A stretch of DNA of 64,000 nucleotides from Candidatus Krumholzibacteriia bacterium (GCA_046754105.1 JBHHVD010000001.1:48383-112382), one strand, 5' to 3'; positions 31,271 through 41,262 are shown, numbered from the stretch's first letter. Notes: generated by a model from the sequence alone, not told the origin. Numbers and translations are program-made.

Positions 31271-32500
31271 ATGAGCGGGTTCCGTAGAGAGGACCTCATC
31301 TACGACTGGAACGAGGTGGAGGCGCCGCCCCAGCACGCGCTCAAGCTCAACGACGAAACGCTTCGCGACGGTCTCCAATCCCCGTCGGTGGCAACCCCCG
31401 CCATAGAGAGCAAGATCAAGATCCTCCGCCTCATGGAGGATCTCGGCATTTACAGCGCCGATATAGGGTTACCCGGTGCCGGCCCACAGGCCTTCAACAG
31501 CACGCTCGCCCTCGCCGCCGAGATCGCGCGGGCGAAGATGCGACTGTACCCCTACTGCGCCGCGCGGACCATCGTTAATGACATCGCGCCCATTATCGAG
31601 ATCTCCCAAAAGACGGGGCTGCGGATCCAGGCGGCGCTGTTCATGTTCTCGAGCCCCATCCGGCAACTGACCGAAAGCTGGGACGCGGACCGCATGCTCA
31701 AAACCAGCGAGGATGCCATCGCTTTCGCTCTCAAGAACGACGTCCCGGTAATGTACGTTACCGAGGACACGACGCGCTCCCGGCCGGAGACGTTGACCCG
31801 CCTCTACCGGATGGCGCTCGACAACGGCGTCGAACGCGTCTGTATCGCCGATACCGTCGGGCACGCAACCCCGACCGGCGTGCGAAGAATCGTCGGTTTT
31901 CTAAAGGAAATGGTCGATGAAACGAGTGTCGACGTGGGAATCGACTGGCACGGCCACCGGGATCGCGGCTTGAGCATCATCAATGCGCTGACCGCTTACT
32001 ACGCGGGCGCCGACCGCATCCACGGCTGCGCCCTCGGCATCGGAGAGCGTGTCGGCAACACGCCGCTCGACCTGCTCATGGTCAACTTCAAATTGCTCGG
32101 GATACTGGACCAGGACCTGACGAGGCTGCCCGAGTACTGCCGCACGGTTTCGGAGGCGTGCAACGTACCGATTCCGGATAACTACCCGGTCGTCGGAGCC
32201 GATGCGTTCCGGACGGCGACCGGTGTCCACGCGGACGCCATTATCAAGGCGTTCAAGAAGGGCGACGCCTGGCTGGCAAATCGAGTGTATAGCGCGGTGC
32301 CGGCGGACGAATTTGGACTGACGCAGATTATCGAAATCGGTCCAATGAGCGGCAAATCCAACGTCCGCTACTGGCTGGAACAGCACGACGTCCGCGTAAC
32401 GGATGAAGTCGTGAACAGGATCTTTGCGGAAGCAAAACGCGTGGACTCGGTGTTGTCGGAGAAACAAATAGTGGCCCTGGTGTCAAAGTCCGCCGATTGA
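31271..32500 (+). CDS. LeuA-family (DRE-TIM) acyl-CoA condensing enzyme lacking the regulatory domain
   Basis: DETLRDGLQ, ADTVG, HGHRDRG, GIGERVGN, TGVHAD. Confidence 0.85.
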   Translation: MSGFRREDLIYDWNEVEAPPQHALKLNDETLRDGLQSPSVATPAIESKIKILRLMEDLGIYSADIGLPGAGPQAFNSTLALAAEIARAKMRLYPYCAARTIVNDIAPIIEISQKTGLRIQAALFMFSSPIRQLTESWDADRMLKTSEDAIAFALKNDVPVMYVTEDTTRSRPETLTRLYRMALDNGVERVCIADTVGHATPTGVRRIVGFLKEMVDETSVDVGIDWHGHRDRGLSIINALTAYYAGADRIHGCALGIGERVGNTPLDLLMVNFKLLGILDQDLTRLPEYCRTVSEACNVPIPDNYPVVGADAFRTATGVHADAIIKAFKKGDAWLANRVYSAVPADEFGLTQIIEIGPMSGKSNVRYWLEQHDVRVTDEVVNRIFAEAKRVDSVLSEKQIVALVSKSAD

Positions 32501-32526
32501 TCCGGCGAGACTCCGGTCATCCGGTT

Positions 32527-33213
32527 TCATTCCCCGCGGTACATGGCTTTTATGGCACCCCAGGTTCGTTCCTCGACCGGAATCGTGAAGTCTTCCATGA
32601 TGACGGTTATGCACCGCTCGCCGTCCAGAATCCGGTTGCCGTTGCGGTCCTGGTAGACGGCGACCTCCAGCCGTAGCACGCCGCTGGACTTGATATTGAT
32701 CGTCGTCTTATCCGAAAAATACCCGTTGCCGGTCGGCGTCGATACCACGATGCGGGGGAGGTGGTAGCGGAGGTCCTGGACCGGCTCGCCGTCGACCTGG
32801 ATCGCCGCCGGAACGCCCAGGGGGCGAGGTGTGAACTGAACGAAGACATCGCTCAACTGGCGGGGCGTGTCCGCGAAACCATCGATGACGAGCGCCATTT
32901 CCGCGCCGAAGAACAGGAACTCATTTCGGCCCGACGTGGAAGGAGAAAATCCGTCGAGCCCCGGCGCCTGGTAAATCTCAAAGGCTACGCGCTCGCCGAA
33001 CTTGTCCCACAACATCAGTCCCCCGACCGAATACGCGGGATCAAAAAGCGGATCGCCCGGGCCCTTGGTCTCGTATTGTGTGGGGTCGAACCGAAAGCTC
33101 ACGCGGCCCGCCGGGTAGGCGAGAATGCACGGCTCCGCAGAAGCCGCAACGGCGCTCGCCGTGATCGCGACTACCAGTAGTAAAATCAGACGCAGAGTAT
33201 GCCCTTGGCCCAC
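32527..33213 (-). CDS. Secreted hypothetical protein ending IPVEERTWGAIKAMYRGE
   Basis: SD GGAGG; signal peptide ending ASA; no visible similarity to 27577/28331 outside the C-terminus. Confidence 0.85.
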   Translation of the reverse strand: MGQGHTLRLILLLVVAITASAVAASAEPCILAYPAGRVSFRFDPTQYETKGPGDPLFDPAYSVGGLMLWDKFGERVAFEIYQAPGLDGFSPSTSGRNEFLFFGAEMALVIDGFADTPRQLSDVFVQFTPRPLGVPAAIQVDGEPVQDLRYHLPRIVVSTPTGNGYFSDKTTINIKSSGVLRLEVAVYQDRNGNRILDGERCITVIMEDFTIPVEERTWGAIKAMYRGE

Positions 33214-33359
33214 CTATCCACCTCCGAAAAGCTGCAGACGCAGATGGGCGTTAATCAATCCGAACCTGCCCGCGCGGAGAGCGCGGACCCCCATTGCAGG
33301 GAAGCTGCACTGTTGTAGTAGCGACTCAAGCTGCCCTTGCCCTTAGTTTTAGCCGAATA

Positions 33360-33368
33360 ATTATACCA
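33360..33368 (-). promoter_or_regulatory. Extended -10 promoter element upstream of the 32527..33213 gene
   Basis: Minus strand reads TGGTATAAT (TGn-TATAAT). Confidence 0.55.
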
Positions 33369-33583
33369 TACACGGCCCCGGGCTGGAAGCGCGATGTTGG
33401 CCTCGCGGCGCGGAGAAAACCGTCCGGCGTGACCGCCTCCGTCCGGTTTCGGCCCGTGGACGGCCGTCTCATCCCCGGGGCTTTTGGCTTTACAAAGCAG
33501 CACGTATGTTTAATAGTTCAAGGTGAATGCGCCGTTTCCGCCGCGCTTGCGCCCGGACGATACGCCGCAATCAGGATATCCTA

Positions 33584-35233
33584 ATGAGGCTTCCACCAAG
33601 CATCCAGACGGCGATCTTCGCCCTGTGCCTGGCGCTGCCGGCCTGCGGTGGCGGGGACGAACAAGCCACGCCCGGCACGGCCGGCACCACGACGGAAGCG
33701 GCAACCCCGGGAGGTACCGTCATCCGGCACTTGCAGGCGGATTGCAAGACCCTAAACTGGGTCTTGTACACGACCGTATACGAGGATTACGTGCTGCGCT
33801 GCCTCTACGATAACCTCCTCGATTATGACGCGAAAATGGAGATACAGCCCGTGCTCGCGAAGAGCGTCAAGGTCAGCGATGACCACCTGCGCATCACCGT
33901 CGAGCTGCGCGACAGCCTTTTCTGGCACGACGGCGAGCCGATCACCTCCGAGGACGTCGCGTTTACAGTCGACAAGATACGAGACCCGGCCGTTCCGGCG
34001 GTGAACAAGGAGGGTTGGTTCAACAAACTCGATAAGGTCGAAGTGGTCGATGACAAGACGATCGTGTTCGTTTGGTCTGTACCGTATGCGCCCGCGCTCC
34101 ACGCGCTGACGAAGCTCTCACCGATCCCCAAACATATCTACGGAAAGGGCGATTTCCTGACCAATCCGGCGAACCGGGCCCCGGTGGGCAGCGGAGCGTT
34201 CCGGTTCGAGGAGTGGCAAACGTCGCGGATGATCAGCGTGGTACGCAACGATAACTATTACCGCCGCAAGGCGTACCTCGACCGTATCATTTTTCGCGTG
34301 ATTCCCGACCGATCAGTGGCGCTCAATGCCATGAAGACGGGCCAGCTCGACGAAATGCGTTTGCGGCAACAACAGTGGGAACAAGTGAGTGGGGACAAAG
34401 CGTTCGTCGACAAATTCAACATGAACTACTACGACGTACCGCAGTACAACTATCTGTCCTGGAACTGTCGCGCGATCTGGTTCAAGGACAAGCGCGTTCG
34501 CAGGGCCCTGACAATGCTGTTCGACCGCGAGGAAATCATCGCCACCCTGTATTCGGGGTTCTCAAAACCGGTGAGCGGCCCGTTTTACATCAACTCGCCC
34601 GCCTACGATCATTCGGTAGCACCGTATCCCTACGACCCGCAGGCCGCGGTTCGGTTGCTGGAGGACGCCGGCTGGATCGATAACAACGGAGACGGCGTGC
34701 GTGAGAAGGATGACGTGAACTTCGAGTTCGAGTTCTACGTTACTTCCGGAAGTCGTATCGGGCAGTCCTTCGCTCAGCTGCTGCAGGAGCAGTGTGAAAA
34801 GGCGGGCATCATTGTTAAGATTCGGCGTCTCGAGTCGGCGACGTTCTTCGACAAGGTGTTCAAAGGTGAATACGACGCCGCGGCTCTGGCCTGGCAGCTT
34901 GACATCGACCCGGATTTGTACGACACGTTCCACTCCACACAGGTCCCGCCGATCGGTTTGAACCATGCGTTTTATAACAACCCGGAGGTGGACACGCTGC
35001 TCGAGCGGGCACGGGTCGAATTCGACAAAGACAAACGCAACGAGCTATACCACCAGGTTCATCGGTTGATACACGAGGATTCGCCGTACACCTTTGTCAA
35101 CTCCGTTCCCGAGAAACGTCCCGTCCATCATCGAATCGGCAACGTGGCTATTTCGCCCAGCGGGCCGTTTCGATTCTATCCCGGCGGCATTTACTGGTAT
35201 GTCAAGAGTGATATGATGGAAGCGAGAAAATAA
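33584..35233 (+). CDS. Peptide/nickel ABC transporter substrate-binding lipoprotein (family 5)
   Basis: Lipobox LPAC; LRDSLFWHDGEPITSEDVAFT, PVGSGAF, DKRVRRAL. Confidence 0.93.
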   Translation: MRLPPSIQTAIFALCLALPACGGGDEQATPGTAGTTTEAATPGGTVIRHLQADCKTLNWVLYTTVYEDYVLRCLYDNLLDYDAKMEIQPVLAKSVKVSDDHLRITVELRDSLFWHDGEPITSEDVAFTVDKIRDPAVPAVNKEGWFNKLDKVEVVDDKTIVFVWSVPYAPALHALTKLSPIPKHIYGKGDFLTNPANRAPVGSGAFRFEEWQTSRMISVVRNDNYYRRKAYLDRIIFRVIPDRSVALNAMKTGQLDEMRLRQQQWEQVSGDKAFVDKFNMNYYDVPQYNYLSWNCRAIWFKDKRVRRALTMLFDREEIIATLYSGFSKPVSGPFYINSPAYDHSVAPYPYDPQAAVRLLEDAGWIDNNGDGVREKDDVNFEFEFYVTSGSRIGQSFAQLLQEQCEKAGIIVKIRRLESATFFDKVFKGEYDAAALAWQLDIDPDLYDTFHSTQVPPIGLNHAFYNNPEVDTLLERARVEFDKDKRNELYHQVHRLIHEDSPYTFVNSVPEKRPVHHRIGNVAISPSGPFRFYPGGIYWYVKSDMMEARK

Positions 35234-35249
35234 CCCATCACGTCCCGGT

Positions 35250-36227
35250 ATGCTGATCTATACCCTTCGCCGTCTGGCATATTTGTTTCCAACCCTTCTC
35301 GGCATCACCTTCATCACGTTTTTCATAATCTCACTGGCTCCGGGCAATCCGGTCGACGTGATGCAGGAAGGCACGATGAGTACCCGCATCTCGCCGGAGG
35401 CCTATCAGGAAATGCTCCGTCTCTACGGGCTGGACAAGCCCTTTCACACCCGGTACGTGGTGTGGCTCAAGCGGCTGCTCACGCTCGACTTTGGAAATTC
35501 GTTCCTGGATCACCGCCCAGTCATCACAAAGATAACCGAACGCCTGCCGGCGACGCTGCTGCTCGGCGGTGTATCGCTGCTGTTGGTGCTCGTACTGGCG
35601 ATTCCGTTCGGGCTGTACTCGGCGGTCCGGCAGCATTCCCGCTTCGATAAGATCGGCGGGACCGTGCTGTATATGCTCTACTCCCTTCCCGAATTCTGGG
35701 TGGCGCTTCTCTTGATTCTTTTCTTTGGAGTCAAGCTCGACGTTCTTCCCTTTATAGGCATCGAATCCCTCGGAGCCCGACACCTCGGGTTCTTCGCCTA
35801 TTTGTGGGACCGCATTCTCCATATGATCCTGCCTACGATATGTTTGACATACGGGGCTTTGGCCTTTCTCTCGCGGTTTGTGCGGGGTTCCACCCTGGAG
35901 GTCATCCACCAGGACTACATTCGAACCGCGCGCGCCAAAGGCCTGGATGATCATCGAGTGGTCTACAAGCACGTTTTCAAGAACACACTGATTCCCCTGG
36001 TCACCCTGTTCGGCATCCTGCTGCCGACGCTGATCAGCGGCAGCGTCATCCTGGAATACATATTCAGTTGGCCCGGGATCGGAGCGTTGTTTTTCGATTC
36101 CGTAATGGCAAGGGACTATCCGACGGTAATGGGTCTGAGCTTCGTTACATCGGTGCTCGTCTTGATGGGCACGCTGATCGCAGACCTGTTGTACACGTGG
36201 ATCGATCCGCGGATTTCGTATGAGTGA
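35250..36227 (+). CDS. Peptide ABC transporter permease (OppB/DppB-like)
   Basis: DFGNSF, RLPAT, DYIRTARAKGL, RDYP, DPRI. Confidence 0.95.
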   Translation: MLIYTLRRLAYLFPTLLGITFITFFIISLAPGNPVDVMQEGTMSTRISPEAYQEMLRLYGLDKPFHTRYVVWLKRLLTLDFGNSFLDHRPVITKITERLPATLLLGGVSLLLVLVLAIPFGLYSAVRQHSRFDKIGGTVLYMLYSLPEFWVALLLILFFGVKLDVLPFIGIESLGARHLGFFAYLWDRILHMILPTICLTYGALAFLSRFVRGSTLEVIHQDYIRTARAKGLDDHRVVYKHVFKNTLIPLVTLFGILLPTLISGSVILEYIFSWPGIGALFFDSVMARDYPTVMGLSFVTSVLVLMGTLIADLLYTWIDPRISYE

Positions 36228-37287
36228 TCGCCTGGAGACAACCGGCGGCGTGGACGGCGCCACCGACAAGAGTGCGGGCCTGGCCGGCATCCTTTGGCAG
36301 AGGCTCCGGCGCGACCGGTTCGCCATGACCGGTCTCTATATCGTTCTCTTGCTTTGCGCCGTCTCCTACCTGGCACCCACCCTGGCGAACGACAAGCCGT
36401 TGATAATGAGATACGAGGGGCGACTCTATTTCCCCGCGGTGGCGGAGCTGTTTCCGCTGAACAAGATCCTCCGCTACCCGGAATTGAGAGGTGTTGATTA
36501 CGACAATTTGCGCGACGACCCGGCGATCGCTATCCTGAACCCCCCCGTGCCCTACTCGCCCTACGAAACCTCGCTCTCGGAACGATTCCAGGCGCCGAGC
36601 CGCCGGCACTGGATGGGCACCGACGATCTGGGCCGTGACGTGTCCAGCCGCATGATCCACGGCGCTTCCGTCTCACTGCTGGTGGGCTTTGTAGCGGTAG
36701 GGATCGCGCTCTTCATCGGCCTGCTCGCCGGCGCCCTGGCCGGGTTTTACGGCGGCATGGTAGACATCGTCGTTTCGAGAATAATTGAAGTCGTGATGTG
36801 TTTCCCGTCGTTCTTCCTCATCCTGGCGGTTATCGCGTTTCTGCCGCCGAGCATTTACAACATCATGGTGGTTATCGGAATCACTCGCTGGACGGCGATT
36901 GCTCGTTATACGAGGGGGGAGTTTCTACGCCTCAAGAAACAGGACTTCGCGTACGCGGCGAGGGCACTGGGGGCCAGCGATCGCAAGATCATCTTTCGTC
37001 ACATCCTGCCCAACTCGCTGGCGCCGATACTCGTATCGGCCACGTTCGGCATAGCGAACGCGATCCTGATAGAAGCGGCGTTGAGCTTTCTGGGCTTTGG
37101 CGTACAACCCCCGGCGGCGAGTTGGGGAGGCATTCTATCGCTGGCCCGCGAGTACATCGAAGTGGCGTGGTGGCTGGCTACGATCCCCGGTCTCGCGATC
37201 TTTGTCACGGTAACGGGCTACAACATTCTCGGCGAGGGGTTGCGGGACGCGAGCGACCCCCGTCAGACGCTCACCGAGAGCCGCTAG
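36220..37287 (+). CDS. Peptide ABC transporter permease (OppC/DppC-like)
   Basis: HWMGTDDLGRD, AARALGASD, RHILPN, EAALSFLG, GEGLRDASDP. Confidence 0.95.
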   Translation: MSDRLETTGGVDGATDKSAGLAGILWQRLRRDRFAMTGLYIVLLLCAVSYLAPTLANDKPLIMRYEGRLYFPAVAELFPLNKILRYPELRGVDYDNLRDDPAIAILNPPVPYSPYETSLSERFQAPSRRHWMGTDDLGRDVSSRMIHGASVSLLVGFVAVGIALFIGLLAGALAGFYGGMVDIVVSRIIEVVMCFPSFFLILAVIAFLPPSIYNIMVVIGITRWTAIARYTRGEFLRLKKQDFAYAARALGASDRKIIFRHILPNSLAPILVSATFGIANAILIEAALSFLGFGVQPPAASWGGILSLAREYIEVAWWLATIPGLAIFVTVTGYNILGEGLRDASDPRQTLTESR

Positions 37288-37302
37288 GGCTCGGTGAACG
37301 GA

Positions 37303-38109
37303 CTAGCGCTGGCACACGGGGCAGAAATGCGTGCCGCGCCCGGCGAGCACGATCCTCTCTATTGCGTTGCCGCATTCGAGGCAAGCGTCGCCCTCGCGCC
37401 CGTAGACGGCATGGAAATGCTGGAAGCTACCGCTGGCGCCGTCCGCGCCGCGATAGTCCCGAATCGTCGATCCCCCACGCGCGATGGCCCGCCCGAGAAC
37501 CGAGCGCGCCCGTGCCAGGAGCCGCGCCGACTTCGCGGCGACTCCGCGCCCCGGCGTGCGCGGGTCGATCCCCGAGTAGAACAGGAGTTCGTCCGCGTAG
37601 ATGTTGCCGATCCCGGACAGTATCCCCTGGTCCAGCAGGAGTGCCTTGATCGGCGCTCGGCGATTCCGGAGACGATTGCCGAGATATCGTGCCGTCGCGA
37701 CGAACGGGTCCGGTCCGATGTTAAGGTCGCTGGTGAAGTCGCACCGCTCCGCGATGAAGATGTGGCCGAAACGTCTGGGATCGTAGAATCGCAACTCTTC
37801 CCCGTTGTCCAGATAGAAACGCCCGTGCAGGTGTCTTCGCCCGGAGCCGTTTTCGTCGCGCGACTGCACGCACAAGCGTCCCGTCATTCCCAGGTTGATC
37901 ACCACGAGGCCCGATGGGCCAAGCCTCAGCAGCGCGTTCTTGCCGATTCGTTCCACCGAATCGACACTGCGGCCGGCGAGCCACGGCATGCGCAGACTCC
38001 CCCGCCGGTACAAACTCCTGTGCCGAAGGCGTGCCCGCACGATACGGCGGTCGAGGAGCCGGGGGCGGAGTACGCGTACAATCGTTTCCAGTTCGGGTAG
38101 CTCGGGCAT
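37303..38109 (-). CDS. mutM: Formamidopyrimidine-DNA glycosylase
   Basis: N-terminal MPELPELE, GIGNIYADE, zinc finger CLEC...CPVCQ. Confidence 0.95.
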   Translation of the reverse strand: MPELPELETIVRVLRPRLLDRRIVRARLRHRSLYRRGSLRMPWLAGRSVDSVERIGKNALLRLGPSGLVVINLGMTGRLCVQSRDENGSGRRHLHGRFYLDNGEELRFYDPRRFGHIFIAERCDFTSDLNIGPDPFVATARYLGNRLRNRRAPIKALLLDQGILSGIGNIYADELLFYSGIDPRTPGRGVAAKSARLLARARSVLGRAIARGGSTIRDYRGADGASGSFQHFHAVYGREGDACLECGNAIERIVLAGRGTHFCPVCQR

Positions 38110-38266
38110 TTCTTCACCTGCGCCCGCGGCGCATACCATTACGGATTCCATGGCCTGAACCGTCGCGACATCCGACGGCGGCACGCGTCGAATTCGTTTC
38201 CGCAGCGGCGGCCCATCCATTATACTGTCATTCAGACCCAACTCCAAACACGGCCGGAGGAACCCA

Positions 38267-40042
38267 TTGCGCAGCGACCGCAGCATCTCCACAATCGTCC
38301 ACGACCAGATCCTGCCCATGGTCAAGACCCCGGGACAGTACGCGGGCGGCGAACGCAATATCGTGGTCAAGGACCACGCAGCGGTGGACCTGAAAGTGGC
38401 ACTGGCCTTTCCGGACACCTACACGATCGGCATGTCACATCTGGGGTTGCAGATCCTCTATCACATGTTGAACGAGCGCGAGGACACGGCGGCGGAGCGC
38501 GTGTTCGCTCCCTGGATCGACATGGAAGACCAGCTGCGCCGCCGCGAGATCCCGCTGCATACGCTCGAGACGTGCACGCCGCTCTCGGAGTTCGACGTCA
38601 TCGGGTTCTCGATGCAGTACGAGTTGTGTTTCACGAACTTCATGAACATGCTCGAGCTCGGTGGTATCCCGGTATGGACGGAGGACCGCTCGAGTGGCGA
38701 CCCGGTGGTTCTGGGCGGAGGATCCATCAGCCTGGCTATGGAGCCGGTGGCTCCATTCTTCGACGCCGTCCTGGTGGGGGACGCCGAGGACGTACTCCAT
38801 CCCACGATGGATGTGATCAAGGAGTGGAGGCGAAGCGGCCTGCCCCGACGCTCCCTTCATGAAGCCCTGTGCCGGATCCCCGGCATGTACGTCCCGTCGC
38901 TCTACGATGTTTCCTACAACGAAGACGGTACCGTGCGCGGCATTGAAAACATTCCACCCGCGCCGCCGTACGTCGCCAAGACCTCTGTCCGCGATTTCGA
39001 GAACGCGCCCTACCCGACCAGACCGGTGGTGCCGAACGTGTCCGTGGTCCACGAACGCATCAACGTCGAGATCATGCGCGGGTGTCCCAACCAGTGCCGT
39101 TTCTGCCAGGCGGTCAAGCACTACCGGCCGCTCAAGCGCCGCACCACGGACCGGATAATCGAGCTATGCGAGGAAACGTACCGCAACACCGGCTACGACG
39201 AAATCTCCCTGACCAGCTTGTCGACCGCGGACTATCCGGGCATCGAAGAACTGATCCCGGCGATCACGAGGCGTTTCGACGCCCGCAGGGTGAACATCTC
39301 GCTGCCCTCCCTCCGTGTAAAGGGAGAGCTGGAGCACCTCCCCGGCCTGGTCAGTACCGTTCGCAAGTCCGGCCTGACCATGGCTCCGGAAGTGGCAACG
39401 GACCGCCTGCGCGAAATCATCCGCAAGCCGATTCTCAACCGCGACTTGCTAGGCGGCTCCGCGGCCGCCTGGAGGGTGGGCTATCGCCTTATCAAGTTTT
39501 ACTTCATGATCGGCGTGCCCACGGAGACCCGGGAAGACCTCAAGGGCATCATCGATCTTTGCGACGAGGCAAGTCGTCTGCGCAAGAAGCAGTTTCGCCG
39601 CCGTGGACGGATCAACGTGGCGATGTCCTCCCACATCCCCAAACCCCACACCCCGTTCCAGTGGGAGGCCATGGACACAACAGAGGAGCTCCTGGCAAAG
39701 CAGGCCTACATCCGGTCGTGCAGCAGATCCTCGTATTTGAAGCTGAAGTTTCACAATGTCGACGAGAGCTATCTCGAGGCCGTATTTTCGAGAGGCGACC
39801 GGCGGCTGGCGGACGTGTTGATCAAGGGCCGGGAACGCGGGTTGCGGATGGACGCATGGGGCGAATGCTTTGACATGCGCGCGTGGCGCGAGGTGTTCGA
39901 GGAGGCACGGGTCGACCCCGATTGGTACGCGCGGCGCACGCGCGGCGACGACGAAATCCTGCCGTGGGACCTCATCGCGGTGGGCACGCCCACGGAGTAC
40001 CTGGTCAAGGAGCAGCGGCGAGCGCGCGCCGCGATGGCGTAG
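38267..40042 (+). CDS. TIGR03960-type radical SAM protein (B12-binding-like N-terminus)
   Basis: PGQYAGGE, AFPDTYTIGMSHLG, RGCPNQCRFC, PKPHTPFQW, LPWD. Confidence 0.88.
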   Translation: MRSDRSISTIVHDQILPMVKTPGQYAGGERNIVVKDHAAVDLKVALAFPDTYTIGMSHLGLQILYHMLNEREDTAAERVFAPWIDMEDQLRRREIPLHTLETCTPLSEFDVIGFSMQYELCFTNFMNMLELGGIPVWTEDRSSGDPVVLGGGSISLAMEPVAPFFDAVLVGDAEDVLHPTMDVIKEWRRSGLPRRSLHEALCRIPGMYVPSLYDVSYNEDGTVRGIENIPPAPPYVAKTSVRDFENAPYPTRPVVPNVSVVHERINVEIMRGCPNQCRFCQAVKHYRPLKRRTTDRIIELCEETYRNTGYDEISLTSLSTADYPGIEELIPAITRRFDARRVNISLPSLRVKGELEHLPGLVSTVRKSGLTMAPEVATDRLREIIRKPILNRDLLGGSAAAWRVGYRLIKFYFMIGVPTETREDLKGIIDLCDEASRLRKKQFRRRGRINVAMSSHIPKPHTPFQWEAMDTTEELLAKQAYIRSCSRSSYLKLKFHNVDESYLEAVFSRGDRRLADVLIKGRERGLRMDAWGECFDMRAWREVFEEARVDPDWYARRTRGDDEILPWDLIAVGTPTEYLVKEQRRARAAMA

Positions 40043-40077
40043 GTGTTGACGCTCGGCGGGACACGAAAGGAGTTCGC

Positions 40078-40545
40078 GTGCCGAAAAACCTCTTGTTGAA
40101 ACTCTATAGTTACACTTATCAGGTGGCATGCGCCAACGTTGACGGTGTCTCCAACGCCGAGAGCCTCGTGCAGCCCGAGAAACACGGCAACTGCCTGAAC
40201 TGGGTCATGGGGCATATCGTCGCCTACCGCAACGAGGTACTCAAGGTCCTCGGGGAAGAACCGGTGATGAGCGAAACGGATGTCGAACGTTACAAACGAG
40301 GATCGGAACCCATCACCTGCGAGGGATCGAGCACGCCCCTCGACCGGCTGCTGGACGACTTCGACACCTCCCAGGAGCGCCTGAACCGCGCGCTCGAGAA
40401 CATCTCGGAGGAGACCCTGAACCGCAAGATGGGCGAGGAGACCGTCGCGTCCGCACTCGGCGGCCTGCAGTTCCACGAGGCGTACCACGTGGGGCAGTTG
40501 GGTGTTCTGCGCCGCATCGTGGGCAAGTCCGGCGCCATAACGTAG
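40078..40545 (+). CDS. DinB family protein
   Basis: SD AAAGGAG then GTG; GNCLNWVMGH, FHEAYHVGQL. Confidence 0.88.
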   Translation: MPKNLLLKLYSYTYQVACANVDGVSNAESLVQPEKHGNCLNWVMGHIVAYRNEVLKVLGEEPVMSETDVERYKRGSEPITCEGSSTPLDRLLDDFDTSQERLNRALENISEETLNRKMGEETVASALGGLQFHEAYHVGQLGVLRRIVGKSGAIT

Positions 40546-40575
40546 TCGCGAGCGGGGACCGGCTGCCGCAAAACA

Positions 40576-40606
40576 AATGGGGAAGCCTGCGAGAGGCTTC
40601 CCCATT
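40576..40606. terminator. Probable bidirectional intrinsic terminator
   Basis: 13-bp perfect stem AATGGGGAAGCCT/AGGCTTCCCCATT, 5-nt loop, between convergent genes. Confidence 0.8.
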
Positions 40607-40638
40607 GTTGTCGTGGAGCCGGCGTGTCGAGTTGGAAA

Positions 40639-41262
40639 TCAGCTGCGCGTGTACACAATCTCCATTTGTTTGAACTCGTTGCCGCCGTCTCCGATTACGT
40701 ACCACTCGAAAGTGTGCTTGTTCTCGTCGATGATATTGTTGACGAACCGGACCTTCATCTGGTTGCCAAGAGGGCCGGTAACCGTGGCGTAGTGGGTTTC
40801 CGTCTTGCAGTGGTTCTCACAATCGCCCTCGGTGTAGAGCATCTGGGTGCCCATATTGTCGAGCCAAAGGCTCGTATGCTTCTTGGTGACCTTGTCGTAG
40901 CCGACCATGCCCACGCCTTTGAACGGCATGCCCATCATCTCACTCGACATGTGCGACATGACGAACCGGCCGCCCAGGATCATCTCGGCAGCCGCGGTTC
41001 CCTCCGAGACCGTGGCCTCGGCACCCGGGCGTTCCCACATCATGATCTTGGCGTTCCATTTGCCAACGAGATTCTTCAGCTGCTTGTGGTGGCTGCCGGG
41101 AGAAATGGCTTCCTGGTAGGCGGCCATCTGCTCGGCGCTGTATTCGTGACTGTGCCCGGCTTCCTTCTTGTCCTTGTCCTTGCCGGCGTGCGACACGTTC
41201 ACGGCCAGTCCGGCGGCGATGACCACAGCTGCCAGCGTCGAAAACAAACGTAACGATTTCAT
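40639..41262 (-). CDS. Secreted DUF1579-like protein
   Basis: Signal peptide; PGSHHKQL...VGKW, ILGGRF, PFKGVGMVGYD, WLDNMGT, MEIVYTR. Confidence 0.85.
   Translation of the reverse strand: MKSLRLFSTLAAVVIAAGLAVNVSHAGKDKDKKEAGHSHEYSAEQMAAYQEAISPGSHHKQLKNLVGKWNAKIMMWERPGAEATVSEGTAAAEMILGGRFVMSHMSSEMMGMPFKGVGMVGYDKVTKKHTSLWLDNMGTQMLYTEGDCENHCKTETHYATVTGPLGNQMKVRFVNNIIDENKHTFEWYVIGDGGNEFKQMEIVYTRS

Noticed and set aside
38110..38266. Cobalamin riboswitch before the radical SAM gene
   Set aside because: Short divergent spacer with no recognisable B12 box.
37303..38418. Extended N-termini in the ORF track (mutM, rfbD, kinase, M28, SLC13, PP2C)
   Set aside because: Family N-termini, SD sites and overlaps support the shorter starts; MutM needs Pro2.
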